From NCBI GenBank assembly GCA_016934035.1, contig JAFGTP010000011.1:60486-124485 (forward strand): a DNA stretch of 64,000 nucleotides, read 5' to 3'. Under the pieces are notes generated by a model that worked only from the letters and a program-made list of their open reading frames with translations, did not search any database and was not told where the DNA came from. Positions 48,884-64,000 of the stretch are shown piece after piece (within the stretch, counting starts at the first letter, position 1; the number at the start of each line of letters is the position of its first letter). The position numbers and the translations under genes are program-made. This stretch comes from Fidelibacterota bacterium (GTDB lineage Bacteria > Fidelibacterota > UBA2242 > JAFGTP01).

Positions 48884-50155
48884 ATGAAAAAATTAATCAC
48901 CCTCTTCATGGTTTGCACTCAACTCTTTGCCATTGAAAATAGAGTGCGTCTGGTGACCTACAATCTGGAAAACTACGGAGGGGATGGATACAATAATAAG
49001 ACCGAAACCAGCAGAAATCCACATTACCGCACCATCATTAATGCCATTGATCCCGATATACTGGTGGTCCAGGAAATTTATGGAGCCTTTGATGGCGATT
49101 CCCGGTTTTTGAATGATGTTCTGAATCATGAGAATAATATCTACGCTTCCGCTTTTATTGATCAGAAAAATGATGCCAATGGTAATGATGTCTGGCATGA
49201 CATTGGTGTCTATTTTAAAAACCAGATGTTCCAGCCGCTTTCCATCAGGGAGGTGGAAATGTCCGAGGGCTATCTGCGTGATGCTCTTGAGGTTAAATTG
49301 AAATATAATGAAACCGGCGACACAATTATCGTTTATGGCCTGCATTTTAAAGCCGGCGAAAGCGAAGCAGCAGAAAGGCAGCAAGAAGCCCGAAAACTCA
49401 GGAATTATTTGAACACGTTGCCTGAAAATACAACTTTTGTTGTCTGCGGGGATTTTAATATTTATACATCTTCCGAAGAGGCCTGGAAAAGATTGACAGA
49501 AGAACAGCAGGACGATGACGGACGTGTCTTTGATCCGGTTGAGCAGGTGGGAAACTGGCATAATAATAGCTATTATAAAGCAATCCATACCCAAAGTACA
49601 CGGTATGAAAGCGGTGGACTGGATGACCGCTTTGATTTTATTCTCATTTCCGGTGGAATCAAAGAACACCACAAGATTGAATATATCCCCGGGACCTACA
49701 CCGCCTTTGGAAATGACGGGAACCACTTTAATGATTCAGTCAATTGGCAAACCAATAACAGTGTCAGTTCCGAAATTGCCGATGCTCTCTATGCAGCTGC
49801 TGATCATCTTCCGGTCTATGCGGATTTCGATTTTACAGGAACTGTCGGTGTGGTTGAAGAGATAACTCAACCGGATAATTTTGTCCTCGAACAAAATTAT
49901 CCAAATCCTTTTAATCCCCGGACTACCATTGCTTTTCAGGTTCCTTTTCCATCTCATATCAAGCTGGCCGTTTACGATTTAATGGGCAATGAGATCACAA
50001 CCATTCTGAACAGGGAAATGGGCCCCGGCAGATATCACCAGGTCTGGGATGGCACCGACAATAATCATCGAAGGGCTGCCAGTGGAATTTATTTTCTGCT
50101 TTTCCAGTCTTCTTCGGGAGCAAAAATAAGCCAAAAAATGGTTTTGGTTAAATAG
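48884..50155 (+). CDS. Endonuclease/exonuclease/phosphatase (EEP) family protein with T9SS C-terminal sorting domain
   Basis: Signal peptide. EEP-like catalytic core (LVTYNLENY…VVQE…GDFN…DRFDFILIS). C-terminal about 85 aa (LEQNYPNPFNPRTTIAF…VYDLMGNEI…SGIYFLLFQ) match the T9SS type-A CTD. Confidence 0.6.
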   Translation: MKKLITLFMVCTQLFAIENRVRLVTYNLENYGGDGYNNKTETSRNPHYRTIINAIDPDILVVQEIYGAFDGDSRFLNDVLNHENNIYASAFIDQKNDANGNDVWHDIGVYFKNQMFQPLSIREVEMSEGYLRDALEVKLKYNETGDTIIVYGLHFKAGESEAAERQQEARKLRNYLNTLPENTTFVVCGDFNIYTSSEEAWKRLTEEQQDDDGRVFDPVEQVGNWHNNSYYKAIHTQSTRYESGGLDDRFDFILISGGIKEHHKIEYIPGTYTAFGNDGNHFNDSVNWQTNNSVSSEIADALYAAADHLPVYADFDFTGTVGVVEEITQPDNFVLEQNYPNPFNPRTTIAFQVPFPSHIKLAVYDLMGNEITTILNREMGPGRYHQVWDGTDNNHRRAASGIYFLLFQSSSGAKISQKMVLVK

Positions 50156-50199
50156 ATTGAAATAATAGATTTACTCTAGCGAAAAAGCAGGGATTATTA

Positions 50200-53100
50200 A
50201 TGGCCAAGAGAATTATATATATCATTTTTTTTATTTTTGGAATGAGCTACGGATCGAATCTTCAATGGGGCTATCGCTTTGTTGATGAATATGAATTTTT
50301 TCGTGGAAGAATATTGGATATTCAGCAGGACTCAACCGGTTTTCTGTGGATTGTTAACCAAAACAGCGGACTTTATCGATTTGACGGTGAAAATCACCAT
50401 AATTATGGTTATATCAAAAATGCACTGAATCTGTCAATTAGTCCTGATAATACCATACTGGTATTATGTAAACATGGAATTTATAAATATCAAGCGGAAA
50501 AGGATTTTTTCACAAAGATAATCAGCAGTGAACACCATTATAAATTTTTAAAATTTTCAGGTAAAAATACCATTATCTATGGACATCAAGACAGTTTAAT
50601 TACTTGTGATACAGACGGCAAAAATAAAAATTTGCTCCATAAGGGGTTGATAATTAATGATATTGCCATGATAAACAGCACAAAATCTATTTTGGTATCT
50701 CAGAATGGCCTTTTTTTATTTGACCTGGATAGTAAGGATACGCTTCGATTAATCGATAATTTATATATTTATGAAGTTAAACCGGACGACATTAATCCGA
50801 ACCTTTTCTGGTATTCTTTCAGGAATCATAAATTTCAATGTACTGATGGTCGGATAAAAAAAATCTATGGTCTGGCAAAATATGATTTAAAGAAATCGGA
50901 AAACACAATTGTATTCTATGATTCAACGAATAACCTGATTAAAGATCTATATGATATTAATGAAAACGCCATGTATTTGGGAAGTCAGCAAGGATTGTTT
51001 GTTTTTGATAAAAAAAATAATGCCCTGGAAAAGGTGACCATATTTGATAATTGGAACCCTAATGTTTTGGATATTCTAATCGATCGTTCGGGTGTTACCT
51101 GGATTGCCACAAATGACGGTCTAGTAAAACAATATCCGATCCAAAAAATAAGTCATTATGATATTGATAAATTTTCACCGGATAATAATTGGCTTAGGTG
51201 TGTCTGTGCCAATGACACCGGGAATATCTGGGTCCTCGGAAATCAGAATAAATTATTTTTCATAAATAACGAAAAACAAAAAATCAATACGGTCAGCTGG
51301 ATCAACAAATATCCGGTTCATGAAAATAAGTTATTGGATATCATCCTGGATGATTCTCAGGGAAATCTGTATTTGGCCGATTATCGCAATGTATATGTCT
51401 GTAGATTTGATTGGAATTCCAGCCCTGACAGTGGTTTGAAACAGGTCCATCAGTTCTCTTATCCTAAGCCTTTTTTCATCAAAAAAGATGGGCTCAATAG
51501 AATCTGGATGAGTAATTTGCATTCATTACTGCGAATTGACAACAAGGCTGTTATTGATACGTTTTATTTTGATAATATTTCAGGTTTGGATTGGATTGAT
51601 GACTCACTGGCCTATGCAAGTATTACATCTTTTGGCAAAACAAAGTTTATAAAAATTAATTTTAATAACAAATCCATTACCGATACCTTATTTTTAAAAG
51701 ACAATGATGGGAATAGTTTTATAACAATTTTTAATAACCTGGTCTATGACAGCGATAATCAAAATATTTACGCCGGTTCAAAGAACAAAGGCTTGTATGT
51801 TTATGATATTGCGAACCAAACTGGAAGTTTTTTTGACCATAGCAATGGATTGTTTTCCAATTCGGTGGCCGGGTTGGTAAAAGATGGTCAAAACAGAATC
51901 TGGATCAACACGTCAAATGCATTGTTTTTCCATAATGGTGATAACCTGAAAATTTTGGATGAAAACTCCGGCCTGGAATGTTTTAAAAAAGACAAAAACC
52001 ATACAAATATTTCCAGAGATCTATCCATAAAGACGTTACTGGATTATGCACAGGAAAAACTGGTTGTGGGCGGTATCAATGGTGTTTCTGTCTTAGATCC
52101 GAATATTTTTTTTAGTTATTCCCTGCGGAGTCCATTTGTTTTAACTAAAGTTAAAATTTATAACAATGAAGTCAATAAAAAAGAGGTGGTAAGAAATGAA
52201 AAAAGGTACTTTTTTTCTTACAATGATAATATTATCACCTTTGAATTTGCTGCTTTAAATTTCCAGAAATTATATTCAAACAAATATGCATTCTTATTGG
52301 AAAATTTCCATAAAAATTGGGTCTACTGTGAGGACAATACCATTACGCTCCACAATCTGGATCCCGGAGAATATACACTCAAAACCCGCTATGCCGATTA
52401 TACCGGGCAATGGTTTGATGGGGATGATTACATAATCATTGTGACGCCGCCTTTCTGGCAAACTTTTACTTTTTATCTACTTTTAGGATTGGTATCTGTC
52501 TTCCTGGTTCTGGCTTTGATCAAGATCCAAACGATTCGAATCAAAAATCAAAACACAGTTTTGGAATACCGGGTGCTACAAAAAACTAAAGAATTACATG
52601 AAAAAACAGAAGAATTGAAAACCGTCAATCAGCAATTGGAAGACATTGTTGAAGTACGGACAAAAAAATTATCAATTGCCAATAAACAATTGATCGAAGA
52701 GATTGAAAAAAAAGAACGATTAAACTTGGAACTGCAAAATAGCCGGGACATCATTGAAGTCAATTTAAGACAGCAAATGCTACTGTCACAGATTACCATT
52801 GATTTTCTTTCTCTGGACAATTTTGAAGAAAAAATTGACAATGCATTGAAACTGTTGGGTGAGGAACTGGATTTGTCCAGTGTTTATTTACTGAATCATT
52901 TTCATGACAGTGACGAAAATATAAAGGTCAACCAGTGGGTTGCCGATCCATCTTTTAAAACCTTTTCACTGATCCAAATCGATGCTGAACTAAAGTCCCT
53001 GAAAAGTAATGAGGTCCTGAGGCTCGATGACCTGAATGGATTGGATACCGAAAGAACGCAATTATTGAATGCCTTTGGGATCAAAGCCATTTTATTCGTC

Positions 53101-54419
53101 CCTCTGATTGTCAATGAAAAATCCCATGGTTATTTAGGCTGTGATGTCAGAAGAGACGGGTATAAATGGAATGAATTTAACATCGGTTTTATACCCAATA
53201 TCGCCCATGTGCTGGGAAACGCCTTGGACAGGAAAATCAATCAGGATGAATTGCTTGAAAGCGAAGAAACTTCCCGCGCTCTGCTCAATGCCGGAGACAG
53301 TTATGCTGTTTTGTTTGATAAAAATAAGCAGATAATCATGGCCAATAAAAATTTTCTGAACCTCATTGGGAAAAAATTAAATGAAATTGTCGGCTCGACA
53401 ATTTATGATCACTTTCCCAAAGAATATGTCATGATTCGTGAACAGCGGTTTTATGAGTGCATGGAAAGAAAGGAATCGGTTCAGTTTGAAGACCAGATCG
53501 GTCATTCCGTTTTCAATAATATCATGAATCCCATCGCTGACCGAGACGGTGAAATTACCAGAGTCGCTTTCTTTTCCTACAACATCACCAAACTGCGGGA
53601 AGCTGAAAAAATTCTCGTGAGTCATCAGGAAGAGTTACAGCAGCAGGTAGAGGAGCGTACCAAAGAACTGAGATTTATCAACAGCGAGTTACTACGAGAA
53701 ATCAAGCAGAGAGAAAAAGCGGAAAAAGAATTAAAAGAATCTGAGCGAATCAAGCGTGAGAATTTGAAAAAACTGGCCCTGCAACTGGCCCATGAAATCA
53801 AAAACCCTTTATCTTCCATAAAAAGTTCCGCACAACTGGTTCAGACCATTCAGACTCTGAAACCCGATGTCGAAAGTACTCTGAAACATATGGAAAAAAT
53901 TAACAGAAATGTAGATACCTGCCATCGAATTATCAATGAACTCTATGAGTTTACCCACGATGCAGATTTTCGTCTGGCGGCAACGGATGTCAAATCGCTT
54001 TTTGGAGAGTTGCTGGAATATACAGAAATCATTGGTTCAGAAAAATCCCTGGAATGCAGCAGTGAAAACCAGGCCACGGACTATGAAATAAAAGTAGACA
54101 GATTTCGTATTTTACAGGCGTTGAAAAATATAGTCAGCAATTCTGTTGATGCCATGATGGAAAAGGGACAGTTAAATATAAAATTTAGTATTTTCAACAA
54201 TGATTTGCTGATGACGATTTCGGACAATGGAGTTGGTATGGATGAAAACACCTTATCAAAAATATTTGAACCCTTTTTCACATCCAAAACCACTGGTTTT
54301 GGTCTTGGGCTCCCTATAGTCAAAAATATTATTGAGAGGCATCAGGGGCGAATTGAGGTTGCAAGCAAACCAGGTGTTGGAACGACGACAACTGTTTATT
54401 TACCGGGGGTGACAAAACA

Positions 54420-54426
<7 letters not shown>
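50200..54426 (+). CDS. Sensor histidine kinase with periplasmic beta-propeller/Y_Y_Y sensor, TM helix, coiled coil, GAF and PAS domains, HisKA and HATPase; no receiver domain
   Basis: Propeller repeats (…IWVLGNQN, …IWMSN, …IYAGSKNKGLYVYD). Y_Y_Y (LDPGEYTLKTRYAD). TM FYLLLGLVSVFLVLALI. H-box LAHEIKNPLSSI. The C-terminus has N/G1/G2 boxes (DNGVGMD, GFGLGLPI). Confidence 0.8.
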
Positions 54427-57914
<3,488 letters not shown>

Positions 57915-57918
<4 letters not shown>

Positions 57919-59561
57919 TGAAGCTAAATTCTAACCTATACTGGTTTATATTTTTTATAACCCCGATGCTGATGGGTGCCGATAAAGTCCGTGATTATGA
58001 TCTTGGAGACTGGCTGACAATAAAGAACTGTAATTATGTCACCTCTCTTTGTGAGGGCCGGGATTATGTTTATTTTGGGACCAATGGTGGTGTTATACCC
58101 TTTCACCGGTTTGACCAGTACGAAGAGCCGGCCTACACTGTCAGTGATGGTTTGGCTGATGATTTTATTCTGTCTGTTTATTACGATAACAGCACTGGGT
58201 ACATCTGGGCCGGACACAGAAAAGGTATCAGTTATTTGTCCCCTTCAGGCGATTGGTGGGAAAATCCAATCGTATTTAACCATCATCAATCCGACATTGT
58301 CAAACTTGGCGGTAATACTGATGATATTTTTGCAGAGATGAGTGATGGGTCAATAATGAGAATCAATTCTTTTTCAGGAAATCTGATAGAGTTAATAAAC
58401 CAGCATCCTGCCGATGCGGCGTGGAGTATATCCGCGATTCCCGGGACCATGGAAACGGAGGGAATTTATACAACCGGTCCAGGCTATTGGGTCAAAAATG
58501 ATGGTCTGGTTCAGGATAATGATTTGCGGGAATTTCCCTGGAACCTGAAATATATCGATTCTATGGGGAAATTATATGGTGGCGTGCTGGGCCTGGGCTA
58601 TCTGGTTGGTGATGAAAGAATGCGTCGGTTTGATATCTACCCAACCGGGCCGCTGAAAAATTTTGTTAATACCTTCCTTCTCACTGATGAATTTCTCTGG
58701 CTGGGCAGTAATGATGATATAAAAAATACAGTTATTGACCGGTCAGGCCTCAGCCGATACAATTTTAATGACGGCAACTGGGATTATTTTGAGGATGAAT
58801 TGATCTATGAGCTGGGTTCCGGCTCGGTATCCGAAATAGACTTTGGCAACAATCTGCTGGTGGCCGGCACCAATGAAGGACTTTCCGTCTATGAAGTGGC
58901 TGAAAACCGGTGGCGTCGCTTCAGTGTTCATGACCAACTCTTCAGTGATGGGATCAACACCGTTTGCATGGATGAAAATTTTATTTTGGTTGGTACGGAT
59001 TACGGCCTCAATATTTTAGACCTGTCCAATTGGCGTATTGAAAAAATTAGATTGAGTAAAACTGAAAACCTGGTGAAAATATACAAAATCACTCATGATG
59101 ATGAGCAATTCTGGGTGGGAACGGATAATGGTATTTACGCTTTGAAAATCAACGATCATTCTCTGAAACATTTTGATCAATTTGGGCATGAGACAGAAAC
59201 AGACCAGGTGGTCGCTTCGGTTTGTTATTCTATCAATTCGAATGGTAGCCGGACGGTATTTTTCGGCAGCAATTTTTTGATGATGTTCAATCTTGAAACC
59301 GGGAAATGGACAGATTTGCCTCACTTTTATGGCGATGCCTTTATCTATGATTTCGATATCAAAGGAGATTGGCTCTGGATGGGAACAGACGAAGGGGCAA
59401 AACTTTTGAACATTACAACTCAGTTTTGGGAAGAATATCATATATCCGACGGATTGGCCGGAGAGGAAGTGATGAAAGTTATAATTGATGGTGATTGGGT
59501 GTGGTTTGGTACAGATCGGGGACTGACAAAATACAATTGGAGGAAATATGTCATTGAATAA
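57915..59561 (+). CDS. Secreted stand-alone beta-propeller protein (two-component-regulator-propeller repeats) with no output domain
   Basis: Signal peptide. Repeated …LWLGSND/…FWVGTDNGIYA/…LWMGTDEGA/…VWFGTDRGL motifs. No TM, kinase or DNA-binding segment. Confidence 0.5.
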
Positions 59562-60813
59562 ATTGATTTTAATTATGCTGATGATACTGTTTTTATTGAC
59601 GGCAGCTCTTTGGGGGGCCTTTGATCCAGGGGAGGAAGAAGAGCATGAAACCGGGCCTTTTTTCAGGTACAAAATTCTTTCATATCCAATGATATCCAGA
59701 GATTCCGTCAATGTGAAAATCACCCTAGATGTTCCTTATAATGAAATTCAGTTTATCAAAGAGGGAGATTTGTTTCGCGCTGAATATGAAGCAACGGTTT
59801 TGGTATTAAATGAAAAGGAAGAACATTGTTTTTCAAAAACCTGGAACGACACAATCACCCTTGATAATTATGAACAAACCAATTCAATGAAAAAATTTGT
59901 CAATACCGATATCTCTTTTAATCTGATACCCAATAAGATAAAAATTAAATTCGGTATAATTGATCTGAATTCGAAAAATAAAAAATACCTGACCAAAACC
60001 TATGACTTTCAGGATTATTACAAAGAATCCATGATTATCAGCGAATTAAAAATTGTTGAACAGGAAGAGGAAAAAAAGGACACATCGAATAGTGAGTATA
60101 ATATTTTTGCCGATTCAACCCAAAATGACAAAAAACTCTTTTTGCTCACTTATCAATTGTTATCCGACGGTGGTGTCGGAAGGGTCAATTACCAGATTAC
60201 CGATGAAGAAGGAACTGCAATTTTCAATCAGTCCTACGATAAATTTTTCTCAAAAGGCATTACTGATTTGAAATTTCTTTTTGACGCCCGCAATCTTCAG
60301 TACAAAGAATATAACGTCAGTGTAAAAATAAGGATTGATGAAAAAGAAGTGGAACGTTCCAAAAAGTTTCAGATCCGTTGGTCGGGAATGAACCTGTACA
60401 TTCGAAATTTACCTGAGGCCATTGAGCAGTTGGTCTATATTACGGACAGCAAAACCATGAAAAAATTGCGCAAAGCCAAAGGAGAAGAGCAAAAAGACCT
60501 TTTTGTTGAATTTTGGAAAACCAAGGACCCGACACCGGGTACCGTGAAAAACGAATTGTTAAATGAATATTATAGTCGGGTAAGATTTGCAGAACTGACT
60601 TTCAAGGGATACCGGACCGGTTGGCGCTCAGATATGGGGATGGTCTATATTCTTTTCGGTGCTCCGGACAATATCGAACGCCATCCCTTTGAGGTAAACT
60701 CACGGCCCTATGAAATTTGGTACTACAATGATAAAGGGAAGGTTTTTTATTTTGTCGATGAAAGCGGTTTTGGAGAATATCGTCTGGCTAACCCCAGTCA
60801 GATTTATTACTGA
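59548..60813 (+). CDS. GWxTD-domain protein
   Basis: Signal/TM N-terminus. The C-terminal region contains FKGYRTGWRSDMGMVYILFGAPDNIE, a GWxTD-type signature. Confidence 0.55.
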   Translation: MSLNKLILIMLMILFLLTAALWGAFDPGEEEEHETGPFFRYKILSYPMISRDSVNVKITLDVPYNEIQFIKEGDLFRAEYEATVLVLNEKEEHCFSKTWNDTITLDNYEQTNSMKKFVNTDISFNLIPNKIKIKFGIIDLNSKNKKYLTKTYDFQDYYKESMIISELKIVEQEEEKKDTSNSEYNIFADSTQNDKKLFLLTYQLLSDGGVGRVNYQITDEEGTAIFNQSYDKFFSKGITDLKFLFDARNLQYKEYNVSVKIRIDEKEVERSKKFQIRWSGMNLYIRNLPEAIEQLVYITDSKTMKKLRKAKGEEQKDLFVEFWKTKDPTPGTVKNELLNEYYSRVRFAELTFKGYRTGWRSDMGMVYILFGAPDNIERHPFEVNSRPYEIWYYNDKGKVFYFVDESGFGEYRLANPSQIYY

Positions 60814-61103
60814 ATCTGATCTTACCTGATGGAAAGCAGTTTTATAGATTATCCTAGGAAACGCAGTCACACTGATTATTAACTTTTAATATTCATCCAT
60901 TTCATGTATTTCCAATAAAGTCAGATAAGTTTTTGGATTATTATACCGATTCCAATAAATTTTTCGGTTATAACGATTATTGAAATTGTGAAAAGGGCAG
61001 GAAGTTCCATATTTTCAGAGAATCATCACTTGAATTGATTTTATATTAACTGTATTTTTATCAAAGTGTTTATTGAAGATTTTTTCAAAGAAAGGGAATC
61101 AAC

Positions 61104-63668
61104 ATGAAAAAGCCAATTAAATCTTTTACTGTATCGCCGGTATTACCGAAGCCGTTAAGGCCCTTGAAGGAAATTGCCTATAACCTCAGGTTTTCCTGGT
61201 CTGCTGAAATGCGGGACTTGTTTACAAGACTGGATATGGACCTCTGGGAATCCTGTGAGCACAATCCTGTCAAAATTTTGAGTAAATTGCCTCAACAGGT
61301 ACTGGATGAAAAAGCAAAAGATGATAGTTATATATATCTGCTTAACAGAGTTTATGATGATTTCAAAAGATATATGGAAGCAAAAACATGGTACCAGGAA
61401 TGCAAGGAATTTCATCCTGATCTCAAAGTTGCTTATTTTTCCATGGAGTATGGTATTAGTGAAGCTTTAGCAATCTATTCCGGGGGCCTGGGAATCCTTT
61501 CGGGGGATCATCTGAAATCAAGTTCTGAACTGGGTATCCCTTTGGTTGGGGTGGGATTGGCCTATCAGAATGGTTATTTCAAACAACATTTGAATATTAA
61601 TGGCTGGCAGGAAGAAGAATATCCTGTCAATGATTTTTACAATCTGCCTATGGAAGTGGTCCTGGACAAAAAAGGGGATGAACTTCGCGTGAATGTTGAC
61701 CTTCCGGGCAGAAAGTTATTTGTGAAAATCTGGAAAGCCCAGATCGGACGTACACCGCTTTTCCTGCTTGATACCAATATTGAAGAAAACAAAGTTGAAG
61801 ACAGACCCTTGACGGCTGAGTTGTATGGTGGTGACACAGATTGGCGCATTCGACAGGAAATAGTCTTGGGAATGGGAGGCATCAAGGCTTTGAAAGCCAT
61901 GGGTGAACCCATTACTGTCTGTCACATGAATGAGGGACACTCTGCCTTTTCCGGTTTGGAAAGAATCCGCTGCCTCATGCAGGATAATGATCTTAACTTT
62001 TACGAAGCCTTGGAGGCTGTCAAAAGTTCATCACTATTTACAACCCATACACCGGTCAAGGCCGGAATTGATAAATTTAACCCCGAATTGATGGTCAAAT
62101 ATTTCAATGATTTTTCTAAAGAGGTTGGAATATCGAACCAGGAACTTTTGGGACTGGGACGTATCAACAAATTCGATGATAAAGAACAGATTTCAATGGC
62201 CGTATTGGCTATTCGGCTCTCAACCCTGGTCAATGGTGTCAGCCAGTTACATGGCGAAGTCGCCAAAAAAATGTGGCATAATTTATGGCCCAACATTTTA
62301 ACAAAAGAAGTACCGATCGGAGCGGTAACCAACGGAATTCACACGGCTTCCTGGATATCAATGGAAATGGCTGAGTTGTTCAACCGATATCTCGGGCCAA
62401 AATGGAGAGAAGAGCCGGCAGACAGAAGTGTTTGGAAAAAAGTAGATGATATTCCGGATGGTGAATTGTGGCGCATCCATGAAATGAGACGGGCCCGCCT
62501 TGTTGGCTTTGCCAGAAAAAAAATGGAAGCCTACCATCGTGAAATAGGCCATCCTACTCACGTTGTGCAAAAAGCAAAGAGTGTACTTAAATCCGATGCC
62601 CTGACCATCGGTTTTGCCCGACGGTTTGCCACTTATAAACGGGCCACACTAATATTCAGGGACCCGCAGCGGCTGGCGAAAATCCTGGACAACCCAACCA
62701 GGCCGGTCCAGATTATCATTGCAGGAAAAGCCCATCCGCAAGACAATGAAGGTAAAAAATATATCAGCCGAATTCTTGAACTGATGAAGGAGGAGCCTTT
62801 TAATCAGAATGTCGTTTTCCTAGAAAACTACAATATGACAATCGCAAGATATCTGGTACAGGGTTGTGATATCTGGCTCAATAATCCTCGCCGTGGCCTA
62901 GAAGCCTGTGGAACCAGTGGCATGAAAGCCTCAGCAAACGGTTGTATTAACTGTAGCACCCTCGATGGCTGGTGGGATGAAATCTATTCACCGGAAATTG
63001 GCTGGGGAATTGGCAACCGACAGGAGCATGAAGATGTCGAATATTGGGATGACCTGGAAGCCAATGAACTATATGCCATGCTGGAAGAGCAGATTGTGCC
63101 GATGTTTTATGATCGTGGTGATGAAAGAATGCCGAGAAAATGGATCAAAATGATGAAAGACAACATGATTACAATATGCCCGATCTTTAATACCAACAGA
63201 ATGTTACAGGATTATATGGAGCAAATGTATCTGCCGGCCCAGATTAGAACAGAAAAAATGTTTGCCAATCAATTTTCCGGCGCCAGGGAACTGGCATCCT
63301 GGAAAAATCACATGCGGGCAGAATGGAATAATATTCGTTTCCTTAAGGTGGATACCAGTGGTGAACAAAATTTAAATGTATCCAGTGAATTCGAGATAAA
63401 AACAGAGATTTACCTTGGGAAAATCAAACCGGAAGATATCAATGTTCAGGTCTATTATGGAAAACTGAATGAAAAGGACTATATCGATGATGGTGAACTC
63501 TTATCATTGGAAATGGTTGAAAAACTGGATAATGAACGCTACCTTTTCAGTACCAAAATTGACACCTGGCAAAGTGGTAAAAATGGGTTTACTCTCAGAA
63601 TATTGCCGGCACACGGAACCCTGGACAATCCCTTTGATGATGGTTTAATCTATTGGTTTGAGGAGTAA
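61104..63668 (+). CDS. glgP: Alpha-glucan (glycogen/maltodextrin) phosphorylase, GT35, long form
   Basis: FSMEYGISEALAIYSGGLGILSGDHLKSSSELGIPLVGVGLAYQNGYF and a downstream Lys-PLP region (…EACGTSGMKASANG). Confidence 0.85.
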   Translation: MKKPIKSFTVSPVLPKPLRPLKEIAYNLRFSWSAEMRDLFTRLDMDLWESCEHNPVKILSKLPQQVLDEKAKDDSYIYLLNRVYDDFKRYMEAKTWYQECKEFHPDLKVAYFSMEYGISEALAIYSGGLGILSGDHLKSSSELGIPLVGVGLAYQNGYFKQHLNINGWQEEEYPVNDFYNLPMEVVLDKKGDELRVNVDLPGRKLFVKIWKAQIGRTPLFLLDTNIEENKVEDRPLTAELYGGDTDWRIRQEIVLGMGGIKALKAMGEPITVCHMNEGHSAFSGLERIRCLMQDNDLNFYEALEAVKSSSLFTTHTPVKAGIDKFNPELMVKYFNDFSKEVGISNQELLGLGRINKFDDKEQISMAVLAIRLSTLVNGVSQLHGEVAKKMWHNLWPNILTKEVPIGAVTNGIHTASWISMEMAELFNRYLGPKWREEPADRSVWKKVDDIPDGELWRIHEMRRARLVGFARKKMEAYHREIGHPTHVVQKAKSVLKSDALTIGFARRFATYKRATLIFRDPQRLAKILDNPTRPVQIIIAGKAHPQDNEGKKYISRILELMKEEPFNQNVVFLENYNMTIARYLVQGCDIWLNNPRRGLEACGTSGMKASANGCINCSTLDGWWDEIYSPEIGWGIGNRQEHEDVEYWDDLEANELYAMLEEQIVPMFYDRGDERMPRKWIKMMKDNMITICPIFNTNRMLQDYMEQMYLPAQIRTEKMFANQFSGARELASWKNHMRAEWNNIRFLKVDTSGEQNLNVSSEFEIKTEIYLGKIKPEDINVQVYYGKLNEKDYIDDGELLSLEMVEKLDNERYLFSTKIDTWQSGKNGFTLRILPAHGTLDNPFDDGLIYWFEE

Positions 63669-63669
63669 T

Positions 63670-64000
63670 TTGAAGGAATTATTGACCAGCATAGCCAAAG
63701 AAAGAATCTATAGTTCAAGAAAAGTAGCAATTTTAACAGGAGCGGGAATTTCGGCTGAGTCCGGAATTCCCACTTTTCGTGATAAGGACGGGCTATGGAC
63801 CAAAATTTCTCCTGAAGAAATGGCCAATTTTGATGCATTTTACAAAAACACCCAAATTGTATCGGAATGGTATCAAAAAAGACGGGAAATCATTGAACAT
63901 ACTCTGCCTAATGCCGGACATTTTGCCCTGAGAGAATTGGAACATTTATTTCCCTCTTTTCATATAATTACCCAGAACATTGACGGTTTACACCAAAAAG
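63670..64000 (+). CDS. cobB: NAD-dependent protein deacylase, Sir2 family (3' truncated by window end)
   Basis: The frame read from the sequence gives …VAILTGAGISAESGIPTFRDKDGLW…GHFALRELE…ITQNIDGLH, the Sir2 Rossmann/NAD signature. It is not in the ORF track. Probable TTG start at 63670. Confidence 0.55.
   Translation, partial: MKELLTSIAKERIYSSRKVAILTGAGISAESGIPTFRDKDGLWTKISPEEMANFDAFYKNTQIVSEWYQKRREIIEHTLPNAGHFALRELEHLFPSFHIITQNIDGLHQK

Overview
The window is 64 kb of an AT-rich (about 35% GC) bacterial chromosome, most likely from a Fibrobacteres-Chlorobi-Bacteroidetes group organism. Supporting this are SusC/SusD-like pairs, several secreted proteins with type IX secretion (T9SS) C-terminal sorting domains, a PorV-like protein, a GWxTD protein and NtrC-type sigma-54 activators. 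Coding density is high and mostly on the + strand. Housekeeping genes are pabA-pabB-pabC plus an EamA transporter, purM, gpsA, an acyl-CoA ligase, obg, dprA, glgP and a tRNA-Leu(CAA). Two accessory loci stand out. (1) A membrane-anchored sigma-54 activator is followed by two SusC-like TonB receptor loci with unusually long (about 750 to 960 bp) non-coding leaders. The second locus pairs its SusC-like gene with a large T9SS cargo protein and a PorV-like protein rather than SusD. The leaders carry a duplicated module of a sigma-54-like promoter, a conserved box and a hairpin, which may be a small RNA. They also carry arrays of a 9-bp TTCTGAAAT motif and a conserved proximal promoter/leader box. 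(2) A putative phytate/organophosphate scavenging locus contains a TonB receptor, a beta-propeller phytase, an esterase and a T9SS-sorted EEP phosphatase/nuclease. It is followed by a propeller-sensor histidine kinase and an NtrC-like sigma-54 response regulator. Other unusual items are a Tyr/Gly-rich low-complexity lipoprotein, a membrane-domain/PlsC acyltransferase/zinc-ribbon fusion, and a B12-radical-SAM/DUF1295/RarD/M28 cluster. No CRISPR array, transposase or integrase was seen. All calls are from reading the sequence and ORF translations only; no database searches were run.
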